Origin: Lama glama
Taxonomy: Eukaryota
Reading direction: 5' to 3'
DNA length: 64,000 nucleotides
Assembly (NCBI GenBank): GCA_028534125.1
Contig: CM052817.1
Span: 87,298,001-87,362,000, forward strand
Shown one piece after another: positions 14,342 to 25,045 of the stretch. The notes beneath the pieces are model-generated. The model saw nothing but the letters and a program-made list of their open reading frames with translations, was not told where the DNA came from and searched no databases. The position numbers were made by a program, and so were the translations under genes. Positions within the stretch are counted from its first letter, which is position 1. Each line of letters opens with the position of its first letter.

Positions 14342-14991
14342 TGTGTGAATTGCTCTGAACACAAAGATCAGACATTCACCACATTAGAATTTTAAAAAGG
14401 AAAAAGGAAAAAAAAAAAAAAAAAAGAACAGCTCCTGGCATTCAGAAAATGGCCTGGCACTCACATCTAGGCCAAGTTATTTCCCGTTATATATAAACAA
14501 TCTCACAGAGCACCAGCCTCAGACAAGGTTATTCTGAGACCATGATAAAATGAGACAGAGGGGCCACTTCATAACTGTGCCTATGCACAGATCAAACCAA
14601 GATTATTGTAAAATCTCCAGAATACAAAGTACCGCCTTCACTGTCTGGGTAAAATAAATGAATATTTCTTAACTAATTACAGTGCAATTCATGTGTTAGT
14701 CTCCACTTTCTGTAGGTAAATTTTACTGAGATGGACAATCACAGAATTGCCTCCACTTTCTGACAGCATCTAATCTAGAGGAAACACTTGCCTCCTTCCA
14801 CCTTCCCTCAAATTACTCAGCCAAAGCAACTAATACTGTAATAGGTCCTTTCTAAACCTTCTTACAGAGACACCCCATGGTTCACCATGGTCTATGTTCT
14901 CCCTTGCTACAACAAGGGATAAATCCAGTTTGTTTAACTACAGATGTGTTTCTGCTGATCTTTGGCTTAAGTATGTTATGTGAAAGTGACA
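14342..14991 (+). mobile_element. ERV1 solo LTR (MER67-like) with an internal A-run
   Basis: cagacaaggttattctgagaccatgat and ccatggtctatgttctcccttgctacaac...aactacagatgtgtttctgctgatctttggc match recalled MER67-group LTR; ends in tgaca; boundaries approximate. Confidence 0.7.
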
Positions 14992-15308
14992 ATAATTAGG
15001 GTAATGTGGCAAAGAGACAACAGCCGTGGACATCAACTATCTAAGTGATGCTTGCTTTCTTGTTTTAAATTCTCTTATGCCTGAAAACAAACAAATGCAC
15101 ACATGCACAAAACCTTCTTTAATATTCCAGCCCACAGGAGAACAGCAGAAAATGATATAAATTTACCATGATTATGAGAAATAACACCTCGAGTCAGGAG
15201 TAATGAGAGGAAAGACGTGGATAAGTAGAGATATTTTTGAATTTGAAAAGGCAAATCAATCAGGGGTGTTTCCTTAGATTTTTCTCTTCCAACAACTTGG
15301 TGTGTGGG

Positions 15309-15933
15309 TGTGGTAGGCTGAAAAATGGCCCCTCAGTATGTCTAAGTTCTAATCCTTGGAATCTGTGAATGTGCTTACATTATGCTTTACAAGGGATTTT
15401 GCAGATATAATTAAGGTTATGGACCTTAAAATAAGGAGATTATCCTGGCTTACCTTAGTGATCCAGTCTAATCACATGAGCCTTTAAAAGCAGAGTATTC
15501 TCTCTGGCTAGAAGCCAGGAGTGTAGCAGAAGGAGAAGGAGGAGGAATGGGAAGCAGAGAGAGACCTGACCTGCAGTCCTTGCACAGAAGTTGCGTGGAA
15601 CACCTGAGAAGAAATGTGGCAGCCTCTAGGAGCAAAGACTGACTGCACTGGACCTGACACCTGGCACCAAAATGGGGACCTCAGTCCTACAATCACCAGA
15701 AGGAACCCACAACTTGGGTGATCTTAGAAGTGGATCCAGAGCCTCAGGAAAGGAATGCAGCCTTACTGACTAACACCTTGATTTCAGTTTTACGAAACCT
15801 GAAGCAGAGGACACAGCTGTGTGAGAATCTATACCTGGACGGTGACCTGCAGAACTGTGAGATAATGCATGGGTGTTGCATCCAATGGCTAAATTTGTAG
15901 GAATCTGTTACCACAGCAATAGAAACTAAAAAA
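15309..15933 (+). mobile_element. MaLR solo LTR (MLT1D/MLT1E-like)
   Basis: Begins tgtggtaggctgaaaaatggcccc...ctaatccttggaatctgtgaatgtg; contains gggattttgcagatataattaagg and gggacctcagtcctacaa; ends tgttaccacagcaatagaaactaa. Confidence 0.9.
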
Positions 15934-17029
15934 TCCGTTTGAAGCCCGTGGTTAACCAAAAGATTTTGCTCTGCCCCCTTTTGGGAATAATCCATTTACC
16001 AGAGAAAAATTGATTCTCTAGATCAGCATCTATTTTTGCTTCATACGCCTCCTTCCTTTTCTCTGGAATCTGTAATTCAGATTTAAGAATTTTTTTTAAT
16101 ACAGTATATTTCTATTTAGAGATGGGAGGTAAGAAAGTTATGAGTCCTGCTTTGAGAAGGGACTCAGCAACAGGAAAGTGTGGTCAAAGAACAGAGCAGG
16201 CAGGACATTGATCCAAGGATAAATGAATATCATGGACGAATGTCAACATAAATTTTATTACACTCAAGCATTTGGGCACAAGAGGGAAAAATCTCAGCAT
16301 TGCTGTAATAAGTTGATGAAGAGATGAATGGAGCCTGAGGAAGCTAGCAGGCACTTGAACATGATGAAGGCAAAAAAGTGGGAATGAAAGACTGAATCTC
16401 AGGATGTGCGGCTAGAAAGTCATCAAATCTTCAGAAGAGGAATTCACTCTAAAACCAGTAACAAGATGCATGTAATTATTTGTGAGTATTAACAAACATG
16501 CTTGTATGTTTATACATCTGTTTTTAAATTAAAATGTATACAGAAACCTACATAACTTCCTGATAGAATAATTTTGATATTCTTAGCTAGTTCTTATTTC
16601 TTCTGAATTACCAAGACAGAAAAATATGTTCTATGTCTCTTACTGACACCTTGATTTCAGTTTTATGAAACTTGAAACTGGAGATATCTGAATCTTAAGA
16701 GAACTAAGGATGCAAAGCAAGCATCTGGAAAAGACACGCATAGTGCCCTGTCAGCCATAGCTTCCTATTTATTTGAGAATCCTACAACTACTTCAAAAAC
16801 AGAAAACGTTCCTAATTTGACTGGCAGGATTTAGTTTCTATCTTTTTCCTAAAAATGGCCTTTGAATTTAGTTATGTTTTCTTGCATTCTATATATGACA
16901 AAAATTTTTTTAAATATTCTGTTTTTCATTAATTATATTCAAATTTGTTTGGTTTCTAATAAAATCTAGATCATAGTCCTCACCTTGAGTCTATCTCCAC
17001 ATTATTTTGAATGTGTCCTATAGTATATT

Positions 17030-17520
17030 GATTCATTTAGTGATTTCATTTAACTACAGGCATATGAAACACCTGACAAGAATGGTTTGATCAACAGTAG
17101 ATTTGATTTTTCACTTACCATGTCTAAAAGTAGGTGACCCAGGATGGATATAATGACTCCATAATTTCTTTAATGTCCCTGTCACATACTATCATTCAGT
17201 TATAGCACTTTGAGTAGTTGCTCTCATAATTGTGAAATGTTCACAAAGACACCTCAGCATTGCCATCCTTTTTCCTATATGCTATCCAGGAAGATGAAGA
17301 AGCAACAAACTAGATGTGGTAGAAAAGCAGGACCTTCCCAGGCAGCTCCAGAAACCGTTCGCTTTGATCTAGTTGGCCAGAATTTTGTTACTTGGATAAC
17401 TCTCGATGAAAGTTAGGGAAATGCAACTGATAATCTGACCATATAGACACACTGAAGGAAAAAAAAAAGATAGAGATTTGATTGGTGAGGAAGAACTCAA
17501 AAATGGATTTGGGATTATAT
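17030..17520 (-). mobile_element. old MaLR LTR (MLT1J/K/L-like)
   Basis: aagaatggtttgatcaacagtagatttgatttttcac...gtaggtgacccaggatgg and ttggccagaattttgttacttggataac...gggaaatgc match the reverse strand of old MLT1 consensus. Confidence 0.55.
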
Positions 17521-18371
17521 AAACCATGTATAATGAGACTTAATAACCTCTATTAAAGACATCATGTCCCCATCTTTAATATTTAATGCCACAATTGCAC
17601 ATTCTTTTATGCATAGATACCAATTCTAATGTCATAAAGGAGACATGCAAATACTTTTCTTCTTTGATGTTATCTAAGAAGTATAAACTTTTATTGGTTA
17701 TAACCAGTTCCATATTCGTCATCTACTTAAAAATAGTTTTTAGAATGCAAACTAGATTCTGGCACTCAAGCTTCAGACACAAGGGAGTTAATGCCTGGTA
17801 AGTAAGTAAATAAATGTTGAGTAACTGCTTAAAATATGAAATTCTATATTGTTTTAGAATGGAGTTGTGTCTGCATAACAGTAGGTACATAACACAGTCA
17901 AAGGGAAAAAGTGGAAATGCTCTGGGTGAAACCTGCAAAAACATTCTCCCCCCCATCATTCCCTGACCCAGGGAGGAAGTGTAGCTAATGTTAAGAATAT
18001 GAGGTCAAAAAAGCTTGGGGATTTGGTATTTCTAGAAAACAATGCATTGGAAAGGGAAGGTAAAGGAGAGGGAAATTAGAACTGCAGAAGGCTGATGGTA
18101 TTTGTAAGGTGGAATGTTGAGTTAAATTATGAATATTTTTTATATTAAGTGTGAGTTACTTTTAAGTGTTTGGCTTTATGGGAATGAAATGAAACAGAGA
18201 GTGTTGGCTGAAGATGTTCAAAAGAGAATCAGCAAAAGTACACGTGGTAGAAGAGCAAAGGTTCTAATAAGTAAAAAGAAAAGAAGCAATTAAATCTACA
18301 AAGAACAGTCAGTCACTAAAGGGACCTGAGAACGCATCAGTTAAATAGTTACAGCAACAACCAAAACAACA

Positions 18372-18440
18372 AATAAACTAACATTTATTGAGTGCTAATT
18401 AAGTGCCTGGCTTTTTGTTAAGCACATTACATCATTTAAG
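18372..18440 (-). mobile_element. MIR 3' fragment
   Basis: taacatttattgagtgctaattaagtgcctggctttttgttaagcacattacat resembles the reverse of the MIR 3' tail. Confidence 0.55.
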
Positions 18441-18879
18441 AATAATTACCGTGATTTTGATACATATAATTTTAGTGCAGAAGCACAAGAAGTAATAGCA
18501 TGATGCTTGATGGTGCCCAATATGAGTGGATTTTAAGGATGTAAACTAGCTAGTCAGCAATGCCAAAATGAAGCAAGAACAAAGAAGGAGCAAAATAAAA
18601 TGTGTTTTTATTTTACTATATTTCTTCACATTTAAGCTGAAAAAAAGTGATTTTATAAAAGCTTCTTGATATTCAGTGCTACCAAATTTTGAAAAAGTAG
18701 GCAATATTTTTAATTTATTGCTTCATTTTATTTCTATATTTAATGCCCACATTAGTAAGACTAAGAGAGATATTTCTGAAATTCACAGTGTTTGATGAGC
18801 ACCAAATAATGTGATATATCCAGTTCATCCACAGTTCTTTTTTCCTTAGCGTAAAGTGTGGATTTTTAAGCTATTGGAT

Positions 18880-19616
18880 TGAAAACTACAAAACACCCTT
18901 GGCACATAAGATCTAGATCCAAATGCCTGCATTAAGAGAACTGACCAACCCTAGCATGGCCTCTAGCAGCCTAAGGCCAAGTCCCTGGGGCAAGTCCCAC
19001 CCCTTTTGAGCTCCTGTCTGGCTCAGGGCTGTCAAAAGAATTTGTAAACTGACTATACTTCAATTAAAAAAAAATTAGTAACCATTTTTGTACAATTTAA
19101 GTGTAGTCTTAAAAATAAATGAATGTATTCCTTAAAAAAAAAATTTGTTTGTTCTAGCCAATACCCTGTCCTCCCTCTCTTAAGGGTATATGCTAAAAAG
19201 GACTTAACGATTGCGAATCTTTCCTCTGTCCATTTGAGATGAATGTTTATCTCTGACAATTCAGAGGTCTCTTCCTCATGGATGTGAAAGCAATTTTTTG
19301 AAATGTCATCACCAGGAAGTACAAGGCTTTAGTCTCCCAGTCTCTGTGGGAGGAGAGAACCCTAATTTGATAATTGTCAGCCAGCAGACACAGCTGGTCT
19401 AATGGCATTTACACTGACCAATCTTTGTCATTTTTCACTTCTCTCACTATTTGAGCCTGGCTTGCACCCCTTCCTTACTCTCTCATCCTCCTTTTAAAAT
19501 ATCCTGTCCTCTCTGCAGACATCAGAATGGATTTCAGATTCTCCCCTTATTGTCAGTAATTACTGAATAAAATCTGTTTTCACTGGTTTAATGTTCAGCT
19601 TTGTTTATCATTGACA
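18880..19616 (+). mobile_element. ERV1 solo LTR (MER4-group; MER89/90/92-like)
   Basis: TG...CA termini (tgaaaact...ttgaca) with perfect 4-bp TSD GGAT (18876-18879, 19617-19620); AATAAA at 19566; typical LTR U3-R-U5 sequence; interrupted at 19046-19143. Confidence 0.88.
19046..19143 (+). mobile_element. very short L1 3' terminus + A-tract + ~59-bp unique segment + second A-tract (putative 3' transduction)
   Basis: (tgt)aaactgactatacttcaattaaaaaaaaa matches the L1 terminus at 41555-41580; followed by unique sequence with AATAAA (19114-19119) and A10 (19134-19143); flanks AAAAGAATTTGT / AAAAAAATTTGT. Confidence 0.75.
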
Positions 19617-20699
19617 GGATGAACATTAAGTGCATTAAGTTTTGAGGGCTGTTAGAAGAGTTCTGCAGCCAAGCTATCGTAATTGAATAGTTTTAAGTAG
19701 TCTTGATGCAAAGTCTTCCCATTCACTTCCAGAAGGCATTATTTTCAAATGTAAATACAAATCAGTCTCACAGTTTTTCTCCATAGTTCAAAAGATTAAA
19801 ATTATTTACATAGATGAGTAATGAAGAGTTGGAAATATGTGCTTTAATACTTTTTAAAAAATGTATAAATAGATTAACAGAAAATTTAACAGTAGAAAAT
19901 TGAAGGTTTTTAAATTCAAGATGGCAGAAAGAACAAAAATGTTCATCTAGTTCATGCAATTCCTTTAAAATTACAGTGAAGGAAAGGAAGCAGAGTAGCT
20001 GAAATGACAGCCTAAATTACTAGCAAAGAGGATGACAACGAGAGAGGAAGCTTATCTGCTCAGGAGATCCTTGGAGGGCTGGACAGGATGGTGAGATGTG
20101 GGCTGAGCATAGGAATGGATGAAACAGAACTCTCTCCTCCCAACTCTTATTTTACCCAGTGCACAGACGTTAGCACTTAGTTATCTAACCCCAGGTTAAA
20201 AATGAACAAAAGGGCATACATATAAATAAGAATTTATGGCAAAATTAAAAACAAAATAAAACAACAAATAAAAGAAGGTTATTTTCTAATCATGGAAAAT
20301 AGTGGAGTAACTGAGAACTCTGCTGTTAGTATGGGGACTTGCTCCTGGTGGTACTTAATGCATCCTCAACGTAACGGTAGATTCCTTTCTCGTGTATCCT
20401 CAAGACAGCTATTTCACAAATTTTGCACATGTACACAGACCTCTCAGTCATATTTAAAAAAATTATTTTCTGTTCTCATTTATGAATGACAATACAAGAA
20501 GGACAAAATCTTTATGAAACATAAAATACAAAGACCCAGAAATACCATAGAAAAATAAACCCTGAAGGAAAGACAGTCAAAGATGATAAGAGAGTGAAAT
20601 AAAAGAGACAAATAAAATAGGAGGGAAAAAAAAGACATCCAATAATATGATTAATAAATATAATCAAAAAAACTTAGACGTCAGACAAGGTGGTTAGAC

Positions 20700-21520
20700 A
20701 ATGGAATAAGATACAAGAAAGAACGTTTGAAAATTAAATATAGGCTGAGGCAACAACCTCTGAGCTAGAGAATGTCTCAACAGAATCCTTGGATACTGGA
20801 AAAAGAACAGACCAAACAAACAAACAAACAAAACATCCCCCAAAACCAGAGTATTGAAGAACTGTGGGAAACTACAAAAGGGGAAATAACATATAGTAGG
20901 AATAGCAGAAGAAAAAGGAGAGAAAAGTACAAACAAATATTTGAAATAATAATAGCTGAGACGTCCTCAGATTAATGTCAGACACCAAACCTCAGATCCA
21001 GGGAGTTCAGAGAACACTAAACAAGATAATGTACCCCCAAACACACCTAGGCATGCCATTTTTAAACTACAGAAAAATCAAAGACAAAGAAAAAGTCCTG
21101 AAAGAAGCCAGAGAGAATAAAAAAATCTCACCTATAGAGCATGACATCGGCTTCTCCTCAGAAACCATCCAGTCAAAAAGAGCTTGAAATGAAATATTTC
21201 AAGCATTGAAAGAAAAATAAAACCAGCCAACCTAGAATTCTGCACCAATGAAATTATCCGTTAAAAGTAAAGGAAAAATAAAGCCCGGAGGGACTTTATT
21301 GACAGTAGACCTGAGTTGAAAGGATTCTTAAAAGAAATTCTTTAAAGAAAGAAAATAATATAGGTCGGAAACTCAAGTCGACACAAAGTAAGGAGGAATA
21401 TTAAAGAAAGAATAAGTAGAGGTAAAATAAAATTTTTCTTTTTCTTTTTATTAATTGACCTAACAGCAGTTTGTTCAAAATCGCAATACAATATAGTAGA
21501 TTGTGCAGGCTGTGTATATA
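20700..21520 (+). mobile_element. L1MC-like LINE-1 ORF1 and inter-ORF fragment (decayed)
   Basis: ORFs 20772-20975 and 20975-21187 (QSIEELWETTK...IFEIIIAE; KPQIQGVQRT...KIKDKEKVLKEARE...FSSETIQSKR) resemble L1 ORF1p. Confidence 0.9.
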
Positions 21521-21965
21521 TCATACAAACTATATGATTCCAACTACATGACATTCTGAAAAAGGCAAAACTACTAAGACAGTAAAAGGAACAGTAGCTT
21601 CCAGGAGTTGCCGGGTGGGGAGTGATGAGGAGGCAAAGCACAGAGGATTTTTAGGGCAGTGAAAAGTCTCTGTATGCTACCTTAATAATGGATACATGTC
21701 GCTGTACATTTATTCAAATCTAGATAGAATGAGCCATGCCAAAAATAATGTTAAAGTAACCTATGGACTTTATTGATTATATGTAAATGTAGGTTTATCA
21801 ATTGTAGCAGACATACCACTCTGCTGGGGACGTTGACAATGAGGGAGGCTATGAACCTATGGGAGCAGAGGGTATGTGGGAAATCTGTACTTTTCTGTCA
21901 ATGTTCTTGTCGATCTACAATTGCTCCTCAAAAGCTTTATTTAAAATAAAAATAAGAAAAGAAAT
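21521..21965 (+). mobile_element. L1MC1/L1MC2-like 3' UTR
   Basis: tatgattccaactacatgacattctgaaaaaggcaaaact...agcacagaggatttttagggcagtgaaa...gggtatgtgggaaatctgtac, followed by an A-rich tail. Confidence 0.88.
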
Positions 21966-23524
21966 AAATGTAGATTGATGAATAATAATAACTTCTTGAA
22001 GATAACCAAAAAGAACTAGGAAAATAAATTGTGTAAAGAGTGACAATCATTGTGTCTTGCAGCTGAGAATGAGGGAATAAGAGCAGAAACTCTTCCTCAT
22101 TGGGATTAGGAGTTTTGGGTTACTTGGAAAAATAAATTATTTATTTTAACATCAAATATATAAAACTATACTTTTTCATAATATTTTGTTATAGCACTAA
22201 GCTTCAGTTTCCTATGCTGAGGATAGATGCTTATCACTTTTCTTTTATATACCCTGCTCGCAGTGTGCCTTCCACAATTTCCGTTTTCAGTTTTTTAAGG
22301 TGAGGTGAGAACTTAAAGACACTTACAAAGACATCTAAATGCAGTATCCTTCTTTATATTTCTGGGTTTTTATTTCTGATCTTTTATAGTTGTCTCACCC
22401 ACACCTATTCAGCAGCAAGTATTTTTAGGGCTTCTACTTTGTCAAGGCTTTTAAAAACATCCCTCCTTTTCATAAATACAATGTTCTTTTTCTATACATG
22501 TTCAGCACGTTTTACATAGACAAGAGGCAACAGATTAGTGAAAACAAATGCTATCTTAAAGGGTCTAATGTTTAAACTTAGTTGTATTATATTTTTGTCT
22601 TGTGTGTACATTTTAGTAAAATTTAAAATATTTTTTAGCAGACAATTTACATACCTCCCCCACCCCTTTAAAATTTAATATAAACACAATATTTTAAAGG
22701 AAAAGAAAACATGCCTGATGCTGTGCCTTTATTTTATGCTACTTGGGAAACATTCATCTCCCTTCTATTTATTCACCGTGGTGATGAATTTGCTCTGGTT
22801 CTTTATTGCCTTCGTATTGTTTATCTGATATTTCTTAGTACTTGATTCAATTTCTGAAGAACAGAGATTACTTATAAAGCTTATATTTTAAGGTAATTAT
22901 TTAATACATTTCAGCAAGCAATGAAAATTTTGAAGAGCCTAAACAAAAGTGTATTTTAAAATGAAAAATACAATCTTAGATTAAGCTGCACTGAATTTAA
23001 CCTCATTTAACTTGAAATTTAGGCGATGGAGTATGTTTAACACAGATCCTACTACCCACCAGAGGAGCTACATGCACTTTTTAAATGACTTTTCTGTCCA
23101 CTAAGAAATTAGCCGTGTAAAATCAATGCTTAATTGTTTCACCCTGACCGCTTCCCACAGGAGCAGCGCCCCAAGCCTCCCCCTCTTTCCTCCTCTTCCA
23201 GCTGTGAGGAGTTTTCACCAACATCCTACCAGCAGCAAAGCCTGTTGCCATCTCCCCACAGATTACAGTTGTTGTGCTGTAAAACCACAGGGCAGAAGTG
23301 TCTGGGTTTGGTTTTGATCCTCCCAGTCTCCTCCTGCTTCGCTCTTCTACGTGTGCACCACACGGGAGAGTTTTAGTGGTCTTTCTGATCTTCTCTAGAA
23401 ACTCTCAGTGGAGTTTGAGGAAGAAGATCTGCAAGAGAGTGCAGACCCCCCAATTTCTGCAGCCCCATGGGTTCACGTTGCTCCACCAGCCTGCTTGGCC
23501 GTCCCCAACACGTCAACTATTTTA

Positions 23525-23570
23525 CCTAAACGTTCTCACTTTTATCTTGTCGCATCTTTTCCAGGTAAGG
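23525..23570 (+). promoter_or_regulatory. juxtaposed 3'/5' splice-site motif (branch-point-like motif, polypyrimidine tract, CAG|GTAAGG)
   Basis: cctaaacgttctcacttttatcttgtcgcatcttttccag|gtaagg; no AG for ~73 nt upstream; use in splicing unproven. Confidence 0.4.
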
Positions 23571-24843
23571 ATGTGCTGCCTTATCCTTTCTCCTGCAGCC
23601 CCACATTTCCTCATACTTTAAACCTTAGCTCTCAGATGAGTTTAAATAAGGCAGTGAATCTGAAGTTAGTCCATAAGTTTGGGAGGAAGCTCCTTCCTGT
23701 TTTACATGCTAGAGAAAAACCAAAAGTGGAGAAGCATAACTTTAAAAAAATGTTTATGACTAAAAAGCACACATTATCGATGAAGATTTTAGAGGTGCTA
23801 CTCTCTTTGTACTATCTCTACATTTTTAACTTGAAACTTTAAAAGTAAGGTATTATCCTGTTTGCCTCCTAAAGAGCTAGGGACCATGCACATAAGGAAG
23901 CTAACAGCTACATATTTATGGGGAATATTTACAGGAAGTAAATACTTTATACAATGTTTCCACATTTGTTTTTATATTTGTACATATAGAAAGCAACTGA
24001 AGGTTGCAAAATTTTCCAATAAATAGAAAATTCTACAGTGGTGGTTTCTAAAGAGCCCCCAAATTCCACAGGCTTTTGGCTACTGCCTTAGTTCCATAAA
24101 TCTATATGCATATTAGTCTTTTCTAAATCCATACATAGTGATATTTTTATTTATTTTATGCAGAATATGCAATGCTGTTTTCCCTAAAGTGACCTCATAA
24201 TTGAAAAAGCAGGAATCAAGATTATACTAAAGAAAGGTTATTCATTTATTATTTTGAAAATAGATAAATAATTAAAAAGAATGGTGGTTAGATCTATGAC
24301 TTCAAATATCAGATGGGTCTTTAGGTTTTTCAAATTACTCTGGGCATTCATGAAAGTAGTTATCACAGTATTCCATAAATATTGGTTTAGGCGTTTGTCT
24401 TTACAATGTAAGAACTTATTTTCTTTACTACCTTGGATAGCATAGTGTGTATTTTTATTCAGTTAAAATTTGTTAAATCAATATCCAATCAAAAATTCTC
24501 CATTTGACCTCATTTTCACCCTGGGTCTTGCTGATTTTTTTGTTACGCATTTACTAATAAGCAATCTACACTTAAGGGCTCTCCCCTTTTAGCCATTAAT
24601 TAGACTTCTTAAGGAAAATATGTTCAAATTGTCGAGTGCAGTAATGGAATACAAAAAGTGTAAAATCAGCATTTTTCTGTCGCTTAGGTATCTGTAGACA
24701 CAAAGGAAGTTAACTTTATACAACAATTAAACTATAGTAGTTCAAAAAGTACAGGAGGCAGCTCTATTTTTAAGTGTTTCCCCTTAGTGGCTGTCTAGGG
24801 ACACGCAGCTTAGGCCAGACTGAGACCGCTAGTGTCAGCATCA

Positions 24844-25045
24844 CAGTGATCCGCTGGTCAGCGGTTAAGAATCAGCTGGGTGGGGTGGGGAGGAACCCTG
24901 ATTTGCAGTATTTACTGATTTATGTACTGTAAATGTTCCCTAAATTGCTGATTTGAAGCGATCAACGTGATGTCATGAAATGCAGACTTGGGAGGCTAGA
25001 GGCACAATTACTCTCCAAAGGCAATCCTGGCCTCAAACTGCCTGT
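24844..25045. mobile_element. MER63-like hAT-Blackjack DNA transposon
   Basis: ccctgatttgcagtatttactgatttatgtactgtaaatgttccc...tgatttgaagcgatcaacgtgatgtcatgaaatgcagacttggga matches recalled MER63. Confidence 0.75.
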
